Source: an uncultured Acidobacteriota bacterium
GTDB taxonomy: Bacteria; Acidobacteriota; Thermoanaerobaculia; Multivoradales; UBA5704
DNA length: 64,000 nucleotides
Direction: 5' to 3'
NCBI GenBank assembly: GCA_963761805.1
Contig: CAVXIV010000003.1
Coordinates: 89,627-153,626, forward strand
Part shown: in pieces, positions 25,612-35,837 of the stretch
Layout: each line of letters starts with the position of its first letter
How positions within the stretch are numbered: position 1 is the stretch's first letter
Translations under genes and position numbers: made by a program
The notes under the pieces: generated by a model
Database searches by the model: none
The model's input: the letters and a program-made list of their open reading frames with translations, nothing else
Told to the model about the DNA's origin: nothing

Positions 25612-27276
25612 ATGAACCATAGCGGAAGCTTTGGCGGGGAAGTCAATTACGAGTACATCATCCTCGGCGCGGGGCCCGCGGGCTTGCAGATGGGCCATCA
25701 CCTCTCGCGCGCCGGACGCAGCTACCTCATCCTCGAAGCCGGCGAGACGCCCGGCAACTTCTTCCGGCAGTTCCCGCGCCACCGCACCCTGATCTCCAGC
25801 AACAAGGTCTACACGGGTTTCGAAGACCCGGAGGTCAACCTCCGCTTCGACTGGAACTCGCTCCTCGACGAGGACGGCAACGACAAGCTGCTGTTCAAGA
25901 ACTACAGCCGCAAGTACTTCGCGCCGGCGGACGAACTGGTCCGCTATCTCTCCGATTACGCCGACCACCACGAGCTCAACGTCCGCTGCGACACGCGGGT
26001 CCTGCGCATCGAGAAGCCTCGCGAGACCCAGTTCCGGCTCCTGGACGACCAGGGCAACGCCTACTCCTGCCGGCGCCTGATCGTGGCCACGGGGGTGAGC
26101 AAGCCCTACGTGCCGCAGATCCCGGGCATCGAGCAGTGCGAGAACTACTTCGACGTCTCGGTCGATCCGGAGGACTTCGCCAACCAGCGGGTGCTGGTCC
26201 TCGGCAAGGGCAACTCGGCCTTCGAGACGGCGGACAACCTGATCCCGACGACGGCGATGATCCACGTCGCCAGCCCCAGCCCGGTGAAGCTGGCCTGGAA
26301 GACCCACTACCTCGGGCACCTGCGGGCCGTCAACAACAACTTCCTCGACACCTACCAGCTCAAGACCCAGAACGCCGTGCTCGACTGCGTCATCGAGCGC
26401 ATCGAGCGCCGCGAGGGCGTGCTGGCGGTCTCCGTGCGCTACAGCCACGCCCATGGCGAGACCGAGGAGCTGATCTACGACCGGGTGATCGTCTGCACCG
26501 GCTTCCGCTTCGACGACTCGATCTTCGCCGAGGGTTGCCGGCCCGAGCTGGTCATCAACAACCGCTTCCCGGCGCAGACCTCCGAGTGGGAGTCGATCAA
26601 CGTGCCGGGCCTCTACTTCGCCGGCACGCTCATGCAGGCGAACGACTTCAAGAAGCACAACTCCGGCTTCATCCACGGCTTCCGCTACAACGTGCGGGCG
26701 CTCCACCGGATGCTGGAGAAGAAGCACCACCGCCGCGAGTGGCTGGCCAGCCGCGAGATCGAGGCGACGCCGGAGGGCCTGCTCGAGGCCGCCCTCGCCC
26801 GGGTCAACGGCAGCTCGGCCCTCTGGCAGCAGTCCGGCTTCCTCCACGACGTGATCGTGGTGGACGAGGACTGGGACCACGCCGTGTACTACGAGGAGAT
26901 GCCGCTCGCCTACATCCACGACTGCGAGATCGGCCAGAAGAGCCACTACTACACGATCACGCTGGAGCACGGGAAGATCGCGGGGGATCCATTCAACATC
27001 CCGCGCAACCCCGAGCCGGGCAAGGCGGACGAGAGCGTCTACCTGCACCCCGTGATCCGGCGCTGGTGCGGCCAGCAGCTCATCTCGGAGAAGCATCTCC
27101 TGGAAGACCTGTTCGGCGAGTGGAAGAAGGAAGAGGCCCACATCGCCCCGCTCCGCTACTTCTTCATGGAGCAGCTCCTGGAGACGGTCGACCTCCACGT
27201 CCACCTGAACCTGGAAGAGGACCAGTTCGAGATCGGCATGGGCGAGCCCCGGCGGCCGATGCTGCGGGCGGTCTGA
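25612..27276 (+). CDS. FAD/NAD(P)-binding oxidoreductase (flavin monooxygenase-like)
   Basis: 554-aa ORF with an N-terminal Rossmann GxGxxG (IILGAGPAGL) and a second dinucleotide motif (VLVLGKGNSAFE). Confidence 0.75.
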   Translation: MNHSGSFGGEVNYEYIILGAGPAGLQMGHHLSRAGRSYLILEAGETPGNFFRQFPRHRTLISSNKVYTGFEDPEVNLRFDWNSLLDEDGNDKLLFKNYSRKYFAPADELVRYLSDYADHHELNVRCDTRVLRIEKPRETQFRLLDDQGNAYSCRRLIVATGVSKPYVPQIPGIEQCENYFDVSVDPEDFANQRVLVLGKGNSAFETADNLIPTTAMIHVASPSPVKLAWKTHYLGHLRAVNNNFLDTYQLKTQNAVLDCVIERIERREGVLAVSVRYSHAHGETEELIYDRVIVCTGFRFDDSIFAEGCRPELVINNRFPAQTSEWESINVPGLYFAGTLMQANDFKKHNSGFIHGFRYNVRALHRMLEKKHHRREWLASREIEATPEGLLEAALARVNGSSALWQQSGFLHDVIVVDEDWDHAVYYEEMPLAYIHDCEIGQKSHYYTITLEHGKIAGDPFNIPRNPEPGKADESVYLHPVIRRWCGQQLISEKHLLEDLFGEWKKEEAHIAPLRYFFMEQLLETVDLHVHLNLEEDQFEIGMGEPRRPMLRAV

Positions 27277-27379
27277 GCGGCACCTTGTCTTTCCCGTGAA
27301 TCGCGGGTAGCGTCCCGACCGTGACGCTCGCCCCGGAAACAGCAAGCTCCGCGGAGACCCTGGCGCCGTCCCCGAGGCG

Positions 27380-30140
27380 GTGATGGAGGTGGTCCAGGGT
27401 CTCGCCCGGGAGCTGCAGCCGCAGCGCCAGTCCTGGCGCGCGCTCACTCTGGACGCGTCGCTGGAGCGGGACCTCGGGCTCGACAGCCTGGGCCGCGTCG
27501 AGCTGCTGGCCCGGATGGAGAGCGAGCTTCGGCGTCCGCCTCCCCGAGGACCTGCTGGGCTCGGCCGAGACCCCCCGCGACCTTCTCCAGGCCCTGCTCG
27601 CCGCCCGGCCCGGGGCCGCCGGCGCGCCGGAGATCCTGGAGCTGCCCGGGGAGGCCGCCGAGGCGGCGCCGGACCGGACCCGCACGCTGGTCGAGGTGCT
27701 GGAGTGGCACGCCCAGCGGCATGCCGACCGGCGGCACATCCTCTACTACCCGGGCGACGGCGATCCCGAGGAGCTGACCTACGGCGAGCTGCTCCGCCGC
27801 GCCCGGGCCGTGGCCGCCGGGCTCGCCCGGCTGGGCGTAGGGCGGGGCCAGGCGGTCGGCCTCATGCTGCCGACGGGCCTGGAGTACTTCGCCGCCTTCT
27901 TCGGCGCCCAGCTCGCGGGCGGCGTCCCCGTCCCGCTCTATCCCCCGGCCCGCAAGAGCCAGATCGAGGACCACCTCCGCCGCCAGGCCGGCATCCTCCA
28001 GACCGCCGGCGCCGAGGTGCTCGTCGCCTTCCCCGAGGTCCTCCCCCTGGCCCGCCTGCTCAGCGCCCAGCTTCCCGGAATCCGCAAGGTCGTCACCGTG
28101 GCCGAGCTCTCGGCTCCCGGGCGCGAGGAACGGCTCCACATCCCGGTCCGCGAGGAGGACGTGGCCTTCCTCCAGTTCACCTCCGGCAGCACGGGCAATC
28201 CCAAGGGAGTCGTCCTCACCCACGCCAACCTGCTGGCCAACCTGCGGTCGATCGGCAAAGGGGCGGAGATCCTCCCGGACGACGTGGTCGTGAGCTGGCT
28301 GCCGCTGTACCACGACATGGGACTGATCGGCTGCTGGATGGGGAGCCTCTATTTCGGCCTGCCGCTGGTCCTGATGTCGCCGCTGACCTTCCTCGCCCGG
28401 CCCTCGCGCTGGCTGTGGGCCATCCACCGCCACCGGGGGACGATCTCCGCCGCGCCCAACTTCGCCTACGAGCTGTGCGTGAGCCGGATCGCGGACGAGG
28501 AGATCGACGGGCTCGACCTCTCCTCCTGGCGCCTGGCCATGAACGGCGCCGAGCCGGTGAGCCCGGAGGCGGTGCGGCGCTTCATCGAGCGCTTCGAGCG
28601 CAACGGGTTCCGGCCGGGGGCCCTGTCTCCCGTCTATGGCCTCGCCGAGAACTCCCTGGCCCTGGCCTTCCCGCCCCTGGGCCGGCCGCCGCTCGTGGAC
28701 GCGATCCAGCGCGAGCCCTTCCAGGATGCGGGCCGGGCCGTGCCCGCCGCGCCGGACGATCCCCGCGCCCTGCGCTTCGTCTCCTGCGGGGTGCCGCTGG
28801 CGGACCACGAGATCCGCATCGTGGACGACGCCGGCCGCGAGGTGGAGGAGCGCCGGCAGGGGCGTCTGGAGTTCAAGGGCCCCTCGGCCACCAGCGGCTA
28901 CTTCCGCAACCCCGAAGCCACGGCGAAGCTCGTCCGCGGCGAGTGGCGGGACTCCGGCGACCTCGCCTACATCGCTGGCGGCGAGGTCTACATCACCGGC
29001 CGGGTCAAGGACGTCATCATCCGCGCCGGGCGCAACCTCTACCCCCACGAGTTGGAGGGGGCGGTGGGGGAGGTGCCCGGGGTGCGCAAGGGGTGCGTGG
29101 CCGTCTTCGGCAGCCCCGACCCGGCCACCGGCACCGAGCGCCTGGTGATCCTGGCCGAGACCCGCGAGCAGGACGGCGAGGCCCTGGAGCGGCTGCGCCA
29201 GGCGGTCCAGGACGTGGCCGTGGACCTGCTGGGCACGCCCGCCGACGACGTCGTCCTCGCTCCGCCGCACACCGTGCCCAAGACCTCCAGCGGCAAGATC
29301 CGCCGGGCTGCGAGCCGCGAGATCTACGAGTCGGGCCGGATCGGGAAGGGCGGCTCGGCCCTGGGGCTGCAGCTCGCCCGTCTCGCCGTCTCCGGCCTGT
29401 GGGCCCAGGCCGCCCGCTGGCTGCGTTCGGCGAGAGACGTCCTCTACGCCGTCTGGTTCTACCTGACGGTCTTCCTTCTGGCCCTGCCGATCTGGACGGT
29501 GGTCGTGGCCGCGCCGGGTCTCGCCCGGCGACGGCGGCTCGCCCGCGGCTCGGCCCGGCTGCTGCTGCGGTGCGCGGGCATCCCCGCCCGGGCCGAGGGC
29601 CTGGAGCATCTCGCGGGAGCGCGGCCGTGCGTCGTCGCCGCCAACCACCAGAGCTATCTCGACGGCTTCGTGCTGACCGCCCTGCTGCCGCCCGACTTCG
29701 CCTACGTGGTCAAGCGGGAGCTCGAGGCCCACTTCGTCCCCGGGACGCTGCTGCGGCGGCTGGGGACTCTCTTCGTGGAGCGTTTCGACGCCACCCAGGG
29801 AGCCGGAGAGACTCGCAAGGCCCTGGAGGCGGTGCAGGCCGGCGAGTCGCTGGTGATCTATCCCGAGGGGACCTTCCGGCGCTACCCCGGCCTCCTGCCG
29901 TTCCGCATGGGGACCTTCGCGGTGGCCGTGGACGCCGGGGTCCCCGTCGTGCCGGTGGCCCTACGGGGCACGCGCGGGATCTTCCGCGGCGACACCTTCT
30001 TTCCGCGCCGCGGCGAAATCTCCATGACCGTCCTGCCGCCGGTCTCTCCCGACGGCTCCGGATGGCACGCGGGCGTCCGGCTCCGGGACGCCGTCCGCGC
30101 CGCGATCCTCGAACGCTGCGGCGAGCCGGATCTGGCCTGA
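27380..30140 (+). CDS. ACP, fatty acyl-AMP ligase and lysophospholipid acyltransferase tri-domain fusion, with one apparent frameshift
   Basis: The ACP Ser motif LGLDSLGRVEL sits in the frame starting at 27380. The frame changes at about 27527 (ESE/FGVRLPEDLL). The adenylation motifs are FTSGSTGNPKGV and SGDLAY. TM helices follow, then the acyltransferase HX4D motif (NHQSYLD) and YPEGT. Confidence 0.8.
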
Positions 30141-31623
30141 ATGAACCTCCACGACCTCTTCGCCTGCCGCCGGGCGCCGGAGCGGACCGCTCTCCGCTTC
30201 GAGGGGAGGTCCCTCTCCTACGGCGAGCTGTTCGCGGACGCGGCCCGTCTCGCCGCCGGGCTGGCCGCCAGGGGGTTGCGGAAGGGGGACCGGGTGGCCT
30301 TCTTCCTGGGAAACCGGCCTGAATTTGTAACGGCGTACCTGGCGGTCCTCCAGGTCGGCGCGGTGATGGTCCCCATCAACCTCGCCTACCGCCGGCGCGA
30401 GATCGCCCACATGTTGACGGACGCCGAGCCCCGGCTCCTGCTGACGGAGAAGGCCCAGCTTCCCTGGCCTGGGAGAGCTGGCGGCGGACGAGCGCCGGAG
30501 CGTCGAGGAGGTGATCCTCGCCGAGGATCTCGCGGGCTGGCGGACCGGCGATTTCGTCCCGCCCCTCGTGGAAGGGAGCGATCTCGCCATGCTCCTCTAC
30601 ACCTCGGGAACCACCGGGAGGAGCAAGGGCGCCGAGATCACCCACGACAACGTCCTGGCGACCGTGACGGGTCTCCTCGCGGCCTGGGGCTGGGAGGGGA
30701 CCGACTCGCTCCTCCTCACCCTTCCTCTCTTCCACACGCACGGTCTGGTCGTGGGGCTCACCTGCGCCCTGGCGGCGGGGGCGGAGGTGCGTCTGCGTCC
30801 GCGGTTCGACGCCGCCGGAGCCGCCGGCGATCTGCTCGGCGGCCAGGTCACGCTGTTCTTCGGGGTCCCGACCATGTACGTCCGGCTGGTGGAGGAGCTG
30901 CGGTCCCGGGAGAAGCCGCTCGACTTCTCGCGCATGCGCCTCTTCTGCTCGGGGAGCGCTCCCCTGTCGCCGGAGACCTTCGGCGCCTTCCGCGAGCTGT
31001 CCGGCCACGACATCCTGGAGCGCTACGGCATGACCGAGACGGGGATGAACCTGAGCAATCCCTACGCGGGGCCGCGGCGGCCGGGAACGGTGGGAACGCC
31101 GCTGCCGGGCGTCTCGATCCGCATCGTGGACCGCGAGGGCCGGGACGTGGAGCCCGGCGGGGAAGGAGATCTCCTGGTCCGCGGCTCGAACGTCTTCTCC
31201 GGCTACTGGCGCGCTCCGGAGAAGACGGCGGAAAGCTTCGTCCACGACGCGCTGGGCCGGCGCTGGTTCCGCACCGGCGACCTGGCCCGGAAGGACCCGG
31301 AAACGGGCTACGTTGCTCTGCTCGGACGCAGCAGCGAGCTGATCCTCAGCGGCGGCTTCAACGTCTATCCCCGCGAGGTGGAGGAGGTGCTGACCTCCTT
31401 CCCCGGAGTCCGCGAGGCCGCGGTGGCCGGCCGTCCCCACCCGGAGTGGGGCGAGGTCCCCGCGGCCTGGATCGTCGCCGACGCACCCGTCGACCCCGAC
31501 GCGCTGATCGCCTTCTGCAAGTCCCAGATGGCCGGCTTCAAGGTGCCGCGGGAGATCCGGACCGTCGAAGCCCTGCCGCGCAACGCGCTGGGGAAGGTGC
31601 AGAAGCACCTGCTGCCTCGATAA
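30141..31623 (+). CDS. AMP-dependent acyl-CoA synthetase/ligase, with one apparent frameshift
   Basis: The N-terminal frame starts at 30141 and the C-terminal frame at 30511; they join near 30465. Motifs YTSGTTGRSKGA, YGMTETG, TGDLA and GKVQK are present. Confidence 0.8.
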
Positions 31624-31640
31624 CCTGGCCAGCCGCTTTT

Positions 31641-32492
31641 CTACCCCAGCTTCAGCAACGACAACACCAGCTCGACCACGATCAGCAGCACGATCGCGGA
31701 CTCCAGGAGGACGAGGCGGCGGTCGCGGGCGACGTCCAGCACCAGCTCCAGGGCTTCCTGGACGCCGCGGAGCTTGGATTCCAGCGCATGGTAGCGGTCC
31801 GTAAGGTCGAACTCCGCCCGCAGGTCGCCGTAGATGAGGTCCATCGCCGGGTCATCCCAGACCGCGTCGGGCTTGTCCAGGAGGTGAAGGACCGAGAGCA
31901 CCTCGCTGCGGGTGCCCACGGCCTCGCCGATGAAGCGGTGGAGGGGGCGGACCCGCAAGGGGACGGTGCCGCGGACCTCCAGGCGGGCCACCAGGTCGCC
32001 CGTGCGCTCGAAGAGCTTGTCGACGATCCGCTCGTAGTACTCCATGGCCGCGCTCTGGGCCACGGTCTGGGCCACGATGGCCGCCCGCGCGGCGGTCAGG
32101 CGGTCCACGGTGAGCGTCCCTTCCGCCAGGCCGATCTCCGCGCCCTCCTCTTCCCGGACCGCGAAGTCCTCGCGCACGATCTCGGCGGTGAGGTTCGGGC
32201 GGAGCTGGCGCAGGCGCCCCAGGAAGCTCTCGCGCCCTTCCCTGGGCACGTCCCGGAAGACCACGGCGCCGAAAGGATAGAGGAAGACCTCGCCGCCGCC
32301 GGGCAGGGCGAGGCGCAGATCGTGGACGCCTCCCCGGGCCTCGGGGATGGCGGCGCCCATTTCCTTGAGCGGGAGGTTCTCCACGAAGGCGACGGCGTCG
32401 AAGGTGTGGGCGCGGGCGGGCATGGCGGGCTGGCCTCCATCGGGCTGACCCCCATCATAACCGTGGGCCAGGGTGTAGACTTCGCCTGTCAC
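31641..32492 (-). CDS. RMD1/DUF155 family protein
   Basis: The ORF has a C-terminal TM helix and the overall DUF155 pattern. ATG at 32423, preceded by GGAGG, is a more likely start than GTG at 32492. Confidence 0.65.
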   Translation of the reverse strand: MTGEVYTLAHGYDGGQPDGGQPAMPARAHTFDAVAFVENLPLKEMGAAIPEARGGVHDLRLALPGGGEVFLYPFGAVVFRDVPREGRESFLGRLRQLRPNLTAEIVREDFAVREEEGAEIGLAEGTLTVDRLTAARAAIVAQTVAQSAAMEYYERIVDKLFERTGDLVARLEVRGTVPLRVRPLHRFIGEAVGTRSEVLSVLHLLDKPDAVWDDPAMDLIYGDLRAEFDLTDRYHALESKLRGVQEALELVLDVARDRRLVLLESAIVLLIVVELVLSLLKLG

Positions 32493-32511
32493 GTCAGGAG
32501 GAGGAACGCGC

Positions 32512-33945
32512 TTGGTCTCTCCGGAAGAAACCGACGAGATGCGGGAACCGCTCTCCGCCGTCGATCACGCCTGGTTGCGGATGGACGATCCGACCAACCT
32601 GATGATCATCAACGGCGTGCTGGTGCTGGACGAGCCGGTGGACCTCGAACGGATCAAGGCCCTCCTGCGGCGGCGCCTCCTGCCCATCCGCCGCTTCCGC
32701 CAGCACATCATCCACTACAAGGACGATCCCTACTGGGAGGAAGACCCGGAGTTCGAGCTCGACCAGCACGTCCATCGCCTGGAGCTGCCCGCCCCGGGCG
32801 ACGACAACGTCCTGGGGGAAGTCGTCAGCAGCCTGATGAGCGAGCCTCTCCCCCCGAAGCGGCCGCTCTGGAGCTTCCACCTCCTGGAGCGCTACAAGGG
32901 CGAGGGCTGCGTCCTGATGGCCCGCCTCCACCACTGCATCGGCGACGGCATGGCCCTCCTGCTGGTGCTGCTCTCGCTGACCGACCTGACGACGGGGAAG
33001 CCGGCCGGGCCCGATCCGGGCGACGATTTCGAGGACAGCCCCTTCACCGAGCTCTTCCGCAAGCCGCCCCGGGGCCTCGAGGCCGCCAGGCAGCTCGCCC
33101 AGCACGTCATGCCGGACGGCATGCGGCTGCTCGAGCAGACCGCCCAGGCGTTCAAGTCGATGAACGCGATGGTCACGGGCGTGGCCTCGACGACCGCCCT
33201 CGGACGTCTCGTGCTCCGCCCGTCCGATCCGGACACGATCTACAAGGGCCCCCTGGGCGTCCCCAAGCGGGTCGCCTGGTCGGACCCGTTGACGCTGGAG
33301 GAGGTCAAGGCGGTCGGCAAGGCGCTGAAGGGGACGGTCAACGACGTCCTGCTCTCTGCCATGACGGGCGGGCTGCGGCGCTACCTGGGTCACCGGGGGG
33401 AGAAGGCGAACGGCCTCAACTTCCGGGCCGCCATGCCGGTCAACCTGCGGTCGCTGGACGAGATGTCGGACCTGGGCAACCAGTTCGGCCTGATCTTCCT
33501 CTCGCTGCCGGTGGGGATCGAGGACCCGGTGGAGCGGCTGGCGGAGCTGCACCGGCGGTCGATGAGCCTGAAGCGCTCGGCCGAGCCCATCGTGGTCTAC
33601 AACATCCTCAAGCTGTTGGGGGTCAGCCCCGAGCTGGTGCAGAAGATCGTGGTGGACATCTTCGCCGCCAAGACCACGGCGGTGATGACCAACGTGCCGG
33701 GCCCCCGGGAGGTGCTCTACCTGGCGGGCAAGGCCATCAAGGAGATCTTCTTCTGGGTGCCGCAGTCGGGCCGGGTGGGGCTCGGCATCAGCATCTTCAG
33801 CTACGCCGGCCACGTCCGCATGGGGCTCGCCTCGGACGCCGGCCTGGTGCCCGACCCGGAGGTCATCGTGCGAGGTTTTCACGAGGAGTTCGAAGAGCTG
33901 CGGGCCCGGGCGGCGAAGAGGCCCCAGGGACACAGGCGCGCTTGA
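32512..33945 (+). CDS. wax ester synthase/diacylglycerol acyltransferase (WS/DGAT)
   Basis: The HHxxxDG active-site motif is present (ARLHHCIGDG). Length is 477 aa. TTG at 32512 follows AGGAGGAGG. Confidence 0.85.
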   Translation: MVSPEETDEMREPLSAVDHAWLRMDDPTNLMIINGVLVLDEPVDLERIKALLRRRLLPIRRFRQHIIHYKDDPYWEEDPEFELDQHVHRLELPAPGDDNVLGEVVSSLMSEPLPPKRPLWSFHLLERYKGEGCVLMARLHHCIGDGMALLLVLLSLTDLTTGKPAGPDPGDDFEDSPFTELFRKPPRGLEAARQLAQHVMPDGMRLLEQTAQAFKSMNAMVTGVASTTALGRLVLRPSDPDTIYKGPLGVPKRVAWSDPLTLEEVKAVGKALKGTVNDVLLSAMTGGLRRYLGHRGEKANGLNFRAAMPVNLRSLDEMSDLGNQFGLIFLSLPVGIEDPVERLAELHRRSMSLKRSAEPIVVYNILKLLGVSPELVQKIVVDIFAAKTTAVMTNVPGPREVLYLAGKAIKEIFFWVPQSGRVGLGISIFSYAGHVRMGLASDAGLVPDPEVIVRGFHEEFEELRARAAKRPQGHRRA

Positions 33946-35837
33946 TCGGCGAAACGGTCTCGCATTACCGCATCCTCGACCGCCTGGGCGGCGGCGGCAT
34001 GGGCGTCGTCTACAAGGCCCTGGACCTCAAGCTCGACCGGCTGGTGGCGCTGAAGTTCCTGACCTCCCAGCGCGGCGCTCCCGAGGACGAGAAGAAGCGC
34101 TTTCTCCGCGAAGCCCGCGCCGCCTCCTCTCTCGATCACCCCAACATCTGCACCCTCTACGAGATCGGCGAGACCGAGGACGGCGCCGTCTTCCTCGCCA
34201 TGGCCTTCTGCGAGGGCGAGACGCTCCGCGAGCGTCTGGACGGCGGCCGCCTGCCCGTCGCCGAGGCCGTGGAGATCGCCTGCCAGATCACCGCCGGCCT
34301 CGCCAGGGCTCACGAGCGCGGCATCGTCCACCGCGACGTCAAGCCGGCCAACGTGATCCTCACCCGGGACGGCATGGTAAAGATCGTGGACTTCGGCATC
34401 GCCCGGCTCGCCGGCCAGTCCCGCCTCACCCGGGTGGGCACGGCGATGGGGACGCTGTCCTACATGCCCCCCGAGCAGTTCCGGGGCGAGGCCGCCGATG
34501 CCCGCGCGGACGTCTGGTCCCTGGGCGTGGTGCTCTATGAGATGGTGACCGGCCGCCTCCCCTTCGAGGGCTCCGACGAGCGCGAGATCGTCCGCGGCAT
34601 CCTCCACCATCATCCGCCTTCCATGTCCTCCCTCCGCTCCGGCGTGCCGCCGGCCCTGGACAGGATCGTGGAAAGGGCGCTGAGCAAGCACCCGGACGAC
34701 CGCCCTCCGGACATGGAGCGAATGCGGGCGGATCTGCGGGACCTGACGCCGGGGCTGGATATCCCCCAAGGCGGAGACGACGGTGACCAGACCCTCCTGG
34801 AGCTGCCCGGTCCTCCGCCCCCTTCCGCGCCCGCGCTACCGGAGGTCCCGAGCGAGGGGCTGATCGGGCGGAAGATCGGTCCCTACCGCGTGCTCGAATA
34901 CCTCGGGGGCGGCGGCATGGGGGTGGTCTACCAGGCCGAGGACACCCGGCTCTCCCGCGTGGTGGCCCTCAAGTTCCTGCCGCCGGAGCTGACGCGGGAC
35001 CCGGACGCCAAGGCTCGCTTCATGCTGGAGGCCCGGGCGGCCTCGGCCCTGGACCATCCCAACCTGTGCACCATCCTGGAGCTGGGGGAGACCGCGGACG
35101 GCCGGCTCTACCTCGCCATGCCGCGCTACGACGGCGAGACCCTGCGCCGAAGGATCGAGCGCGGGCCGCTGCCGCTGGAGGAGACTCTGGAGATCGGCGA
35201 GCAGATCTCCCGCGGCCTCGCCAAGGCCCACCGCAACGGCATCGTCCACCGGGACCTGAAGCCGGCGAACGTAATGGTCACCGGCGACGGGGTGGTGAAG
35301 ATCCTGGACTTCGGCGTCGCCAAGCTGGCGGGCGCGGCGGCCATCTCCCGCACCGGTTCCTCCTCCGGCACACCCGCCTACATGGCGCCGGAGCAGGCCC
35401 GGGGGGAGACCGTGGACTTCCGGGCCGACCTCTGGTCTCTGGGCGTGGTCCTCTACGAGATGCTGGCGGGCCGCCGGCCGTTCCGGGGCGGGCACGAGCA
35501 GGCGGTGGTCCACTCGCTCCTCAACGCGAGCCCGGAGCCCCTCGACCGTCTCCGGCCGGACGTCCCGCCGGCGCTGGCGCGGCTGGTGGAGCGCCTGCTG
35601 GCGAAGTCCCCGGCGGACCGCTATCCCACTCTGGACGAGCCTCTGGCGATCCTGCGTGAGTTGCGGGGCCAGCCGGGCACTGGCACCCTCCGCCACTGCC
35701 TGCCGCGCCGCGGACGTTTCTGGTGGTGGGGCGTGGCTCTGACCGTGGCCGCGCTGGCGGGATGGGCGTTCTATCTCTCGTGCCGCGCGGTCGGACGGGG
35801 CCCCGGGGATCGCGCCGCTCCAGGTCCAGCCCGCTGA
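33942..35837 (+). CDS. tandem double Ser/Thr protein kinase with a TM helix (copy 1, truncated by frameshifts)
   Basis: The TTG start overlaps the WS/DGAT stop. There are two complete kinase domains ([25 protein letters not shown] and GGGGMGVVYQA..HRDLKPANV..DFGVA), then a TM helix WWWGVALTVAALAGWAFYL. The reading frame is lost near 35790. Confidence 0.85.
   Translation: MIGETVSHYRILDRLGGGGMGVVYKALDLKLDRLVALKFLTSQRGAPEDEKKRFLREARAASSLDHPNICTLYEIGETEDGAVFLAMAFCEGETLRERLDGGRLPVAEAVEIACQITAGLARAHERGIVHRDVKPANVILTRDGMVKIVDFGIARLAGQSRLTRVGTAMGTLSYMPPEQFRGEAADARADVWSLGVVLYEMVTGRLPFEGSDEREIVRGILHHHPPSMSSLRSGVPPALDRIVERALSKHPDDRPPDMERMRADLRDLTPGLDIPQGGDDGDQTLLELPGPPPPSAPALPEVPSEGLIGRKIGPYRVLEYLGGGGMGVVYQAEDTRLSRVVALKFLPPELTRDPDAKARFMLEARAASALDHPNLCTILELGETADGRLYLAMPRYDGETLRRRIERGPLPLEETLEIGEQISRGLAKAHRNGIVHRDLKPANVMVTGDGVVKILDFGVAKLAGAAAISRTGSSSGTPAYMAPEQARGETVDFRADLWSLGVVLYEMLAGRRPFRGGHEQAVVHSLLNASPEPLDRLRPDVPPALARLVERLLAKSPADRYPTLDEPLAILRELRGQPGTGTLRHCLPRRGRFWWWGVALTVAALAGWAFYLSCRAVGRGPGDRAAPGPAR

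Noticed and set aside
30141-35837. 1898-aa plus-strand ORF spanning several genes
   Set aside because: Only its first 110 codons or so (acyl-CoA synthetase N-terminus) and last 630 codons or so (tandem kinase) are meaningful. The middle reads through the antisense of the RMD1 gene and an off-frame of WS/DGAT, giving low-complexity sequence.
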